DNA from: Salinivirgaceae bacterium
GTDB taxonomy: Bacteria > Bacteroidota > Bacteroidia > Bacteroidales > SZUA-534
DNA length: 64,000 nt
Reading direction: 5' to 3'
Assembly: GCA_017617355.1 (NCBI GenBank)
Contig: JAFZWI010000036.1
Coordinates: 1,082-65,081, forward strand
Under the pieces are notes generated by a model. That model was not told where the DNA came from and ran no database searches. It saw only the letters and a list, made by a program, of their open reading frames with translations. Shown piece after piece: positions 19,302 through 28,522 of the stretch (position 1 is its first letter; the number at the start of each line of letters is the position of its first letter). The translations under genes and the position numbers were made by a program.

Positions 19302-21173
19302 TTACTTGTCCAATTGCTCGTAAATTGAATTTTGGCTGATGAATTCGGGCACAATTTCTTTCATCAGACGGACAACGCCCATGTTATCTTGATTCTTTAT
19401 TAGTTCAATAAAGCCATCGATTTTGGTGTTGGCTTCATCGTGATTGTATTCGCGCACTTTGGCAACCATAATCTGTGGGTGAGGAGTGGGGATTGTATTC
19501 TCCTTATTTGCAAGCAGTTCCTCGTATAGTTTCTCGCCAGGACGCAAACCTGTGAAAGTAATCTGAATATCCTTGCCCAGCTGCAGACCTGATAGTTTTA
19601 TCATTTTTTTAGCCAAATCAACAATCTTGACAGATTCTCCCATATCGAATATGAAAATCTCGCCGCCCTTGCCCGATGCACCGGCTTCCAAAACCAGCTG
19701 GCAAGCCTCCGGAATGGTCATGAAATAACGAGTTATTTGTGGATGAGTTACGGTAACGGGGCCGCCGCTCTCAATCTGTTTTTTGAATCGTGGAATAACC
19801 GAGCCGTTTGAGCCGAGTACATTGCCAAATCGGGTCGTAATGAACAGTGTTTCTGATTTTCCGTTGAGCGACTGTGTGTAAATCTCGGCAATTCGTTTCG
19901 ATGCTCCCATTACGTTTGTCGGATTCACGGCCTTGTCGGTTGACACCATCACAAAGCGCGAAACACCATATTTTATTGCGGTGTCGGCAATCAGGCGAGT
20001 TCCAAGCACATTATTGCGTACAGCTTCAACAGGATTGTTCTCCATCATTGGCACATGCTTGTAGGCTGCGGCATGGTATACAATATTGGGTTTGTATTTT
20101 TTGAATACTTCCTCTACACGTTGTTCATCGGTTATGTCGCCAATGACAATGGTTATGTTGCTTGCCGACTGGTCGCGCAACTCCATCTCAATGTCATACA
20201 TCGGCGTTTCGGCCTGGTCGAAAAGAACGATGTTTTTCGGCTCGAATCGGATAAGTTGGCGCACAATCTCGCTGCCAATAGAGCCTGCCGCTCCTGTAAC
20301 CATCATTGTCAAGCCTTTAACTTGGCTCTGGATGCGGTCAAAATTAAGCTGAATAGGGTTGCGCTCAAGCAAATCCTCAATTTTGATATTCTTTATCTGT
20401 TTCGAACTCAACTCTCCGTTTATCCATTTTTCAACCTTGGGCACATTCAGAATCACAAGTCCCTTGTTTAAGCCTAACTCGATGATTTCCTGCTTCTTCT
20501 CAATGGTCGGGAAGGGTTTTGCCAGCAGAAGGTTTTTGGCGTCCAGCTCTTCAATAAGCGACGCAATGTCGTTTATCGGCAGAATTGGCAGATTGTCAAT
20601 GGTTTTCTTCGATTTCTTGTCAATATCGTCAACAAATGCGACAACCTTATAGTTGGAGCTGCGGTCTTCCTCAAGTGCCAATTTTGCCGATTGTGCGTTT
20701 CTATCTGTGCCATAGACAATTACATTATTTGTCTTTATTGTTGTGCGGAATTCGAAGAACACCGTTTTCACCATCCACCGCAATGTTATCATAAAGAATA
20801 ATGTTGTCATAAACTCGATGATGACTATGGACATAGGCACTATGAACGCCTGAGTGAGACCCGAATAATAGCACACAATGTTTATTAGCGAGATGAAGAT
20901 GCTGCCCGATGCGGTGGTTATCACAATGCGACGGGCATCGTTAAGGCCGGTGTAGCGTATTATTCCGGCGTAAGTTTTGAATACCAAAAAGCCGATAATA
21001 CGCACTGCTACAACAAGTTGCACTATCTGTGTCAACTCGCCCACCTTTTCGTTTTCCGGAATGTCAAAATTAAAGCGCAACAAGTACGCGATAATTATTG
21101 ACGCTGTGCTAATGAAAATATCTATAGCCAGAACAATCCAACGCGGCGCATATTTCTTACTGAATATCGACAT
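19302..21173 (-). CDS. Polysaccharide biosynthesis protein, CapD/WbpM/PglF-type membrane-anchored NDP-sugar 4,6-dehydratase
   Basis: 623 aa with N-terminal TM helices followed by an SDR domain (VTGAAGSIGSE, YHAAAYKHV). Confidence 0.88.
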   Translation of the reverse strand: MSIFSKKYAPRWIVLAIDIFISTASIIIAYLLRFNFDIPENEKVGELTQIVQLVVAVRIIGFLVFKTYAGIIRYTGLNDARRIVITTASGSIFISLINIVCYYSGLTQAFIVPMSIVIIEFMTTLFFMITLRWMVKTVFFEFRTTIKTNNVIVYGTDRNAQSAKLALEEDRSSNYKVVAFVDDIDKKSKKTIDNLPILPINDIASLIEELDAKNLLLAKPFPTIEKKQEIIELGLNKGLVILNVPKVEKWINGELSSKQIKNIKIEDLLERNPIQLNFDRIQSQVKGLTMMVTGAAGSIGSEIVRQLIRFEPKNIVLFDQAETPMYDIEMELRDQSASNITIVIGDITDEQRVEEVFKKYKPNIVYHAAAYKHVPMMENNPVEAVRNNVLGTRLIADTAIKYGVSRFVMVSTDKAVNPTNVMGASKRIAEIYTQSLNGKSETLFITTRFGNVLGSNGSVIPRFKKQIESGGPVTVTHPQITRYFMTIPEACQLVLEAGASGKGGEIFIFDMGESVKIVDLAKKMIKLSGLQLGKDIQITFTGLRPGEKLYEELLANKENTIPTPHPQIMVAKVREYNHDEANTKIDGFIELIKNQDNMGVVRLMKEIVPEFISQNSIYEQLDK

Positions 21174-21342
21174 CGTTTCATTTTAATGAGTGGCAAAAAT
21201 AAAAAATAGGCTATTAAACCAACGTCCGCCCGACTTTTTATTTCCGTCCAAAGTGATGAATGAATGTCTGATAGCCGCCAACGGGCGCCGTTTTTTAGCG
21301 AAAAGCGTTTTCCGTTCAGTTTTTCGACTATCGCCAATTCAT

Positions 21343-21377
21343 AAAAAAAAGTGCCGGCCGCGCTTATGACCGACACT
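21343..21377 (-). terminator. Rho-independent terminator downstream of the GH43 gene
   Basis: Read on the minus strand: GTGTCGG-loop-CCGGCAC (one mismatch), followed by a run of 8 T. A second perfect palindrome, GACGCCTTA-T-TAAGGCGTC, lies at 21390-21408 and abuts the stop codon. Confidence 0.55.
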
Positions 21378-21407
21378 TTATGGTTGTGCGACGCCTTATT
21401 AAGGCGT

Positions 21408-22883
21408 CTATTTTTTGCACTTGTACGATTTCGATTTTGCTACCACAACAATAATAATCAATACAGCGGCAGCCAAAAGAATCCAACCTAAGTTAGACGA
21501 TGTGCCTTCGACTGTAATCCAGTCAATATTCACATTTTCGCCTTCGGTCAGCTCAACGTAAACATGGTGAATTCCTTTCGGGCAGTTTTCTATTTGCGCG
21601 CTTGCAGTCTTTGCCGACGCTTCCACTTTTACCTCAGCCAAAACAGGTCCGTTGGCGCCGTCAACTTTGACGGTTATTGTGCCGTTGCCGCCTTCGGTCA
21701 ATGCCAGAATGAGTCGTTTGCCATTGCCTTTGCCAAAATCGACAGTGTTGTATTTAACCCAGCTGCCAGGCTTGCTGAAAGTTGTTTTCCAACCTTCAAA
21801 ACGTTTTGTGGTGTCGGGGTCGTTCTCATAGAGGAAGCTGATGCTCGCGTCACCGCCAATGTTGGTGTAGCGGTCAATCTGTATTTTGTCGGAAGCCTTT
21901 GTGACGCCAATGCCGCGCAGTGTCGATTTTACCGGACGAATGGTGCCGTCCTCGTTGAAGAAGAGGCTGTCGGCAAAAACCGAACGGTTCTTATCGAAGT
22001 TAGGCGAATAGTCGTTGTGATGGTAGAATAAGTACCATTGTCCCTTATAGTTCACAATCGAGTGGTGGTTTGTCCAGCACTCGGGGCGTTCTTCCATAAT
22101 CAGACCTTTGTATTCGTATGGTCCCATCGGGTTTTTGCTCATAGCATAGCCTAGAGCCTCGGTTCTTTCCACCACGTAAGGATATGTAAGATAGTAGTTT
22201 CCGTTGTATTCGAAAGCAAAAGGGCCTTCAGCCTGACGCGAAGGCAAACCTCTAAGGCAGCTGACACCACGCATCACAAACTGGCGCGGGCCCCATTTGA
22301 CAGTGTCGGTCGGATTGTCATCGGCCAACTCTATCATGTTGTCTTTCAGTTTGGCGCAGTTGCCTGCACCCCAGAAAATGTAGTTGTTGCCGTCGCTTGC
22401 CTGAAGCACGCATGGGTCGATGCCGTTGATGCCTTCAATATTCTTTTCCAAAACGGTGTACGGACCTTCGGGTTTATCTGCCACAGCCACGCCAATGCCG
22501 AAACCGAAGCCTTGTTTTTGTCCGTCAGGGAAATAGAAGTAATATTTGCCGTCTTTGCCTTGAACGCAGTCGGGAGCCCACATACTGTAACCTTTCGGGT
22601 TGCCCCAGGGAACGTCTTTTTGGTCGATGATTTTGCCGTGGTCAGTCCACTCAGTCAGATTCTCCGACGAGAAGACGTGGTAGTCGTTCATGCAGAACCA
22701 GTCTTTGCGCGGAAAATCGGGAATCGACGCAGGAGTGGTGTCATGCGACGGAAAAAGATAGATTTTTCCGTTGAAGACTCTGGCCGTCGGGTCGGCCGAA
22801 AATTGATTGCGGATAATCGGGTTTTGTGCCGAAACAGCCGTTGTCAGCATGACTAACGATGCAATTAATGATAATTTCCTCAT
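21408..22883 (-). CDS. Glycoside hydrolase family 43 with CBM6/35-like module and C-terminal hydrophobic anchor
   Basis: ATG at 22883 (MRKLSLIASLVM..., signal peptide). NPIIRNQFSADP, MWAPDC and AEGPFAF place the three GH43 catalytic acid positions. The C-terminal module contains WVKYNTVDFG. The protein ends LGWILLAAAVLIIIVVVAKSKSYKCKK. Confidence 0.88.
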   Translation of the reverse strand: MRKLSLIASLVMLTTAVSAQNPIIRNQFSADPTARVFNGKIYLFPSHDTTPASIPDFPRKDWFCMNDYHVFSSENLTEWTDHGKIIDQKDVPWGNPKGYSMWAPDCVQGKDGKYYFYFPDGQKQGFGFGIGVAVADKPEGPYTVLEKNIEGINGIDPCVLQASDGNNYIFWGAGNCAKLKDNMIELADDNPTDTVKWGPRQFVMRGVSCLRGLPSRQAEGPFAFEYNGNYYLTYPYVVERTEALGYAMSKNPMGPYEYKGLIMEERPECWTNHHSIVNYKGQWYLFYHHNDYSPNFDKNRSVFADSLFFNEDGTIRPVKSTLRGIGVTKASDKIQIDRYTNIGGDASISFLYENDPDTTKRFEGWKTTFSKPGSWVKYNTVDFGKGNGKRLILALTEGGNGTITVKVDGANGPVLAEVKVEASAKTASAQIENCPKGIHHVYVELTEGENVNIDWITVEGTSSNLGWILLAAAVLIIIVVVAKSKSYKCKK

Positions 22884-23207
22884 AATCAAGAGTGTTTTTC
22901 GTATTTATACTTAAGTTTATGGTGTGCAATTTATTAAAATCTTTTTCATGTCAAAAACATATATCTGTCATATTAGACTTGTCTGACTTGTCGAACATCA
23001 TTTTTATATATATAATAGGTGTGGCTTGTGTTTCCGCACAATAATTTTCTTTTTCAACTTTGAGAAATAAATTTTTTGCTTTTAATTTGAATCAAATTTA
23101 AGGGTAAGAGTTTTGAGGCATAATAGGTATGTCTAATTAAAAGCAAAAAGAAATCGGGCGGTTGTGAGCCCACAATTACACAATTATTAATTACTAAAAA
23201 ACCATTT

Positions 23208-26200
23208 ATGATGAAAATGTATCTGAAAAGTGCAGTGCTTGCACTGCCAATGCTGCTGCTTTCTGCAGGAGTTTTTGCTCAGGCACATGATGTAGGGGGT
23301 AAGGTTCTTGACGAGGAACAACAACCCATACCAGGTGCCAATGTGATTATCAAAGGAACAACATCCGGTACGGTTACGGCTGGTAACGGTGAGTTCTCTA
23401 TGAAAGCCGCCGATGGCGACGTTCTTGTGATTTCTTATATGGGTTATGTTTCTGAAGAAGTTACCGTAAATGGTAGCGGCCCGTATAATGTCAGCCTTCT
23501 TCCTGACCTGGTAGGTTTGGATGAGATTGTGGTTGTAGGTTATGGTACGATGAAAAAGAGTGACCTTACAGGTGCTGTTGCTTCAGTAAGGAACGAGGAT
23601 TTGTCGAACCGTGCCACTTCCGATGCAGCTCAGGCTTTGCAAGGTAAGGCTGCTGGTGTGCAAATTATTGCTACCAACGGTGCTCCGGGTTCAACGCCTG
23701 ACATCCGTATTCGTGGTGTGTCTTCAAACTCTGGTAGCCTTGGCCCACTGATTATTGTTGACGGTTTGAAAGTTTCAAGTATGCAATACCTCGACCCTGA
23801 AATGATTGAGTCTATTGAGGTGTTGAAAGACGCTGCATCAGCGGCCATCTATGGTGCTCAGGCTGGTAACGGTGTTATTCTTGTAACTACAAAAACAGGT
23901 AAGAAAGGTGAAGACGGTACCATTTTCTATAACGGACAATGGCAGTTGAGCAGCCTGTCGCGTGAGCTGAAGGTTATGAACGCCGAGCAATACATTGACT
24001 TTGGTAATAAAATGCAATTCCTGCCTGGTGGTTGGGAAGAGACAACTAAATATGACGGAAGCGATATTAACTGGAGTAAAGAGGTTTTTGAACCTACTTG
24101 GAGTCAGCGCCACACTGTAGGTGTACAAGGTGGTAACGACCGTGGAAGCTTCTTTGCTGCTATCAACAATGTTAAGAACGACGGTATTTTCAAAGGCTCA
24201 AAAGACCAATACAATCGTTTGTCGATGCAAGTCAATGCCGATTATAAAGTCAAAAAATGGCTGACTGTAGGAACCAACAATTCAATTGAGAAATATAGCA
24301 AGAAGTCAATTAGCGACCGTAGCGATAATGGTTCTGCAATGCTTGCCGCCATTACCTCCGATCCTTTGTTTGGTCCATATGTTGACCCTGAAAAGGAAGA
24401 TGAGCAGCTTACTGACTCTCAGAAAGGCGCTTTGGAAAGCGGTTTGTTACCTGGAGACGATGGATACAGAGCAGTGCTTGGCGATGGTGAGCGCTACTAT
24501 AGAATATCGCCTATCAGTGGTCAGACACAATCTTCGAACCCGTTCATTCGCCGCGACCAATCTGATTCAAACGAGGAGGGTATCCAAGTTCGCGGTCTTG
24601 CGTTCTTGAACTTTAATCCTATCAGCGGTCTTGTTTACACATCGCGTTTCGGCTATCGCTTTGGCTTCACCAACACGCATACTTACAATGTTCCGTTTGT
24701 AGCTAACGATTTCGTTAAGGAAGAGTCTTTCTCTCTTAGAGGTGAAGCAAGCACTTCATACTACTATCAGTGGGAAAACTTCATTAACTACAACAAAACA
24801 TTTGCCGACGTTCATGATTTCGGCGCCATGGTTGGTATGTCATGGGAGGCAAACCACACTGACAATGTTTGGGGACAAGCAAAAGGTTATGATCCTTTGA
24901 AAGGTTACGATGAGACCTTCCGTTACTTGGAGTACTTGAAAGACGGTGACGCTAAATCTTCGCTGAAGAATACAGGTGGTACCGTTAATGATTCAAGAAA
25001 CCTTTCCTACTTCGGCCGTTTGACTTATAGCTACGACAACCGCTATAGCGTGCAAGCCAACTTCCGTGCCGACGCATTCGACTCTTCAAAACTTCCGAAA
25101 GAGTCACGCTGGGGTAAATTCCCATCGTTCTCTGCAGGTTGGACTGCCAGCAACGAAAGCTTCATTGCCGAAAACGTCAGCACCGACATCCTCTCGTTCT
25201 TGAAGCTGAGAGCTTCTTGGGGCCGCAACGGTAACATCAACGTGCTGAGAGATTATCCGTATGCATCAGTTATCAAGGCCAATACTGACTGGTATCAGTT
25301 CTCGTCTGACTACACAATGGTTTATGGTTCAGAGCCGAATGGCCTTGCAAACCCCGAACTGAAATGGGAGGTGTCAGAGCAAATCGACCTTGGTTTGGAT
25401 GCTCGCTTCCTCAATAGCCGACTCTCTTTAGGTATCGATTGGTACAAGAAGACTACCGAAGGTTTGCTGGTTAAAACCGCTCCATTGTATGAAACTGGTG
25501 TGATGGAAACAACATCTAATGCCGGTGAGGTCTTGAACAAAGGTCTTGAAATTGAGCTTGGGTGGAAAGACAAGATTGGTGATTTCTCGTATTCGGTTAA
25601 CGCCAATATGGCAACACTCCATAACGAGCTTACAAAACTTGGCGATGGCAAAACAGAGGGTATGAAGCTTTCTGGTACAAGCCTTCAGGGTTCAAGCATC
25701 ACAACCGAATGTGTTGTTGGTCAGCCTCTGTGGCACTTCCTTGGTTTCCAATTCGATCATTTAAACGAAAATGGTATTGCTGAATTCAAGGATCTCAATG
25801 GCGATGGTGAATTCCAGCCAAACGAGAGCGATATGACCGATCTTGGCTGCGGTCTGCCGAAACTCACTTATGGTATCACCATTAATATGGAGTATAAAGG
25901 ATTAGACTTTGTAATATTCGGTACGGGTGTCGCTGGCAATAAGATTCTGCCACAAGGTTGGCGTACTGACCGTCCGTATTGCAACTATTACAGCTGGTTC
26001 TATGAGAATGCATGGGATGCTGAAACCAATCCGAACGGCAAATTCCCTGTTATAAGCCCGCAAGGATGGCAAAATAATGTTTGGGGTTCCGACCTGACAG
26101 TATTCAGTGGAGCATACTTCAAAATCAAACAAATACAGTTGGGTTATACATTGCCTAAAGAATGGGTGAACAAAGCTTTCATCAGCCGTTTGCGCGTGTT

Positions 26201-26360
26201 CGCTTCGCTTGAAAACTATTTCACTTTCAGCAAATATCCAGGTCTTGACCCAGAGGTTGCGAACGCCAATAATGCATGGACACCAAGCTCGCTTGGTATC
26301 GATAATGGTACTTATCCTACAGCTAAACAAGTTATTTTTGGTGTTAACCTTACTTTCTAA
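23208..26360 (+). CDS. SusC/RagA-family TonB-dependent outer-membrane transporter
   Basis: 1050 aa with a signal peptide, a CarboxypepD_reg-like N-terminal region (GKVLDEEQQPIPGANVIIKGT), the plug motif VVVGYGTMKKSDLTGAV, and the C-terminal ...FGVNLTF. Confidence 0.92.
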   Translation: MMKMYLKSAVLALPMLLLSAGVFAQAHDVGGKVLDEEQQPIPGANVIIKGTTSGTVTAGNGEFSMKAADGDVLVISYMGYVSEEVTVNGSGPYNVSLLPDLVGLDEIVVVGYGTMKKSDLTGAVASVRNEDLSNRATSDAAQALQGKAAGVQIIATNGAPGSTPDIRIRGVSSNSGSLGPLIIVDGLKVSSMQYLDPEMIESIEVLKDAASAAIYGAQAGNGVILVTTKTGKKGEDGTIFYNGQWQLSSLSRELKVMNAEQYIDFGNKMQFLPGGWEETTKYDGSDINWSKEVFEPTWSQRHTVGVQGGNDRGSFFAAINNVKNDGIFKGSKDQYNRLSMQVNADYKVKKWLTVGTNNSIEKYSKKSISDRSDNGSAMLAAITSDPLFGPYVDPEKEDEQLTDSQKGALESGLLPGDDGYRAVLGDGERYYRISPISGQTQSSNPFIRRDQSDSNEEGIQVRGLAFLNFNPISGLVYTSRFGYRFGFTNTHTYNVPFVANDFVKEESFSLRGEASTSYYYQWENFINYNKTFADVHDFGAMVGMSWEANHTDNVWGQAKGYDPLKGYDETFRYLEYLKDGDAKSSLKNTGGTVNDSRNLSYFGRLTYSYDNRYSVQANFRADAFDSSKLPKESRWGKFPSFSAGWTASNESFIAENVSTDILSFLKLRASWGRNGNINVLRDYPYASVIKANTDWYQFSSDYTMVYGSEPNGLANPELKWEVSEQIDLGLDARFLNSRLSLGIDWYKKTTEGLLVKTAPLYETGVMETTSNAGEVLNKGLEIELGWKDKIGDFSYSVNANMATLHNELTKLGDGKTEGMKLSGTSLQGSSITTECVVGQPLWHFLGFQFDHLNENGIAEFKDLNGDGEFQPNESDMTDLGCGLPKLTYGITINMEYKGLDFVIFGTGVAGNKILPQGWRTDRPYCNYYSWFYENAWDAETNPNGKFPVISPQGWQNNVWGSDLTVFSGAYFKIKQIQLGYTLPKEWVNKAFISRLRVFASLENYFTFSKYPGLDPEVANANNAWTPSSLGIDNGTYPTAKQVIFGVNLTF

Positions 26361-26372
26361 AAATTTACTGAT

Positions 26373-28253
26373 ATGAAAAAGAATAAATATTTGTTATTAG
26401 TTGCAGTAGCTGCGTTAGCAATTACTGGTTGCAACGAAGATCAATTGGATATTCCTCAGAAAGGTGTTATATCTTTGGAGAATTTCTATAAAACCGATAA
26501 GGATGCTGAGAATGCCTTGACAATTGCATACGCAACAACTCAGAAATACTTCTCGCACTGCGATGTGGCTCGTCAGTACAACTACGGACCATATTTCGCA
26601 TTGACTAACTGGATGGGCGACGACATCTGGTTGGGCGGTTCTGGTGTTCCTGATTGCAAGGCTCAACGTGAGATGCATCAATTTGTGTATGATTATGACT
26701 ATGATGATGTAATAGGCGCATATTATGTGTTCTATGCATCGATTCTTAAGTGCAACTATGTGATAACCAATTTTACTGAAGAGCGTTTGGGTGAACTCAG
26801 CGATGTGCAGAAAAGATGTGTGGCTGAGGCTCGTGCTTTGCGCGCCTTCGACTATCTGATGCTGGGCATCTATTGGGGTACTCCGCCTATTGTTGAGACA
26901 GTGCTGACACCAGCCGACCAACCGGCTAATTCTGAATCGCAAGAGGCCGTTATGCAATGGGTTGCCAATGAGGCTCAATTAGCTGCCGACGACCTTCCGT
27001 GGCGCAAGGGACAGGATGACTACGAAGGTGCAGTTAGAGTAACCAAAGGTTTTGCTCTTGCAGTTAAAGGAAAAGCTCTGATGTGGAAGAAAGACTATAG
27101 TGGTGCAAAAGCTGCCTTGGAGCAGGTCATCAAATCAGGAAAATACGACCTTCTTCCTTCTGAAAAGATGATTACCATTGGACACGCCGACGGCAAAGCT
27201 ACATGTGAGTCAGTGTTAGAGTTCAATTATGATGGCACCAACGTTCCAAGCGACGGATATGAGCGTTTGGCACGTGGCGGCTGGAACGACCATAGCACTT
27301 TCACATGGCGTGGTGATTATGTGAACGGTTCTAAACTCGTAGACGAATCAATTTTTGCCGCTGGTTGGGGATGGCTCAATCCTTCAGAGTATTTCGTGAA
27401 CACGCTGTTGGAGCACGACGGTATGGAGTCGGCACGCCGCAAGGCTTGGATTATGAACTACGACGAAATGCTTTATAATTTGCAATGGAAGTCTGACGGC
27501 AAGAAATTCAAACCGGGCAAAACAGCTAAGAAGGAAACAGACAAAAAACGTGGTTTGTCACACGATGTTTACGCAAACTGCGGTTGGTTCACTTACAAAA
27601 TCAACGCTCACCCAAATCAGGGCGACCAGTTGTCTGACAGCCACCTTAACCGCAACGCCAGCATAATGCGTTACGCCGAAGTGCTTCTTTTGTATGCCGA
27701 GGCTTGCGCTCAACTTGGCGAAACTTCGGGTGCCGGTCTGGATGCTCTTCAAGCTATTCAGAAACGTGCTCAAATTAAAGCTGAAAACGTTTCTACAACG
27801 TTGACTCTTGCCGCCGTGCAGAAAGAGAAAATGTTGGAGTTGTGGCTCGAAGGAACCCGCTTTGCCGACCTTGTCCGTTGGGGTAAAGACGATCCAAGCG
27901 TGCTCTATAACCTGGAGCATCAAGACGAGTATCTGCCTACTTTTGCCGACCTTATCAATATTAAGGGCACGACTAAAGTCAAACATAAAGTTTGGAGCGA
28001 GGAAAAACAAAAATATGTAACAGAGAAGGTTGATTCTGTTATCTTCACTCCTATAGGCGAATATGGTATAAGCGACACTACCGACGTTCACACAGGTGTG
28101 ATTGTTAAGGAGATTCGTGACCAAGAGGCTGACCTTTGGGTGAAAACTTATGGCGACGCTCTCGGATTCAAGAGAGGTAAACACGAATTGCTGCCTTTCC
28201 CGAAAAAAGCGATGTCACTTAACGGTGCTCTTGTACAAAATCCTGGTTGGTAA
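26373..28253 (+). CDS. SusD/RagB-family lipoprotein
   Basis: Starts 13 nt after SusC, has the lipobox LAITGC, and is 626 aa with a TPR-like SusD core (RYAEVLLLYAEA). Confidence 0.88.
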   Translation: MKKNKYLLLVAVAALAITGCNEDQLDIPQKGVISLENFYKTDKDAENALTIAYATTQKYFSHCDVARQYNYGPYFALTNWMGDDIWLGGSGVPDCKAQREMHQFVYDYDYDDVIGAYYVFYASILKCNYVITNFTEERLGELSDVQKRCVAEARALRAFDYLMLGIYWGTPPIVETVLTPADQPANSESQEAVMQWVANEAQLAADDLPWRKGQDDYEGAVRVTKGFALAVKGKALMWKKDYSGAKAALEQVIKSGKYDLLPSEKMITIGHADGKATCESVLEFNYDGTNVPSDGYERLARGGWNDHSTFTWRGDYVNGSKLVDESIFAAGWGWLNPSEYFVNTLLEHDGMESARRKAWIMNYDEMLYNLQWKSDGKKFKPGKTAKKETDKKRGLSHDVYANCGWFTYKINAHPNQGDQLSDSHLNRNASIMRYAEVLLLYAEACAQLGETSGAGLDALQAIQKRAQIKAENVSTTLTLAAVQKEKMLELWLEGTRFADLVRWGKDDPSVLYNLEHQDEYLPTFADLINIKGTTKVKHKVWSEEKQKYVTEKVDSVIFTPIGEYGISDTTDVHTGVIVKEIRDQEADLWVKTYGDALGFKRGKHELLPFPKKAMSLNGALVQNPGW

Positions 28254-28274
28254 TAACAATGGATGCTTGATATA

Positions 28275-28318
28275 GAAAGGCTGCTCAGCAAAAGGCGTGG
28301 GCAGCCTTTCTTGTTTTA
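28275..28318 (+). terminator. Hairpin terminator after susD
   Basis: GAAAGGCTGC (28275-28284) pairs perfectly with GCAGCCTTTC (28301-28310), followed by TTGTTTTA. Confidence 0.55.
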
Positions 28319-28522
28319 TCCCCTTAATTTATATGTGTCTTCTTTGTCCTGTCATGTCCTATTGTTTCCCTCTTATTCCGTCCTTCTCCCATTAATCCCC
28401 AATATCCACCCATTAATCACTGTTTGCAAAAAAAAACTCACAAAAAAAACATAACAAGTGCACCATATTAAAAAATATGTGTACATTTGTTCCGTGTTAT
28501 TAACTAATAAAAAATTTAGGTT

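Noticed and set aside
28263-28454. 63-aa plus-strand ORF between susD and the T9SS-CBM gene
   Set aside because: It runs through the terminator hairpin and the pyrimidine-rich tract. Its composition is driven by CT-rich DNA, and it has no start context.
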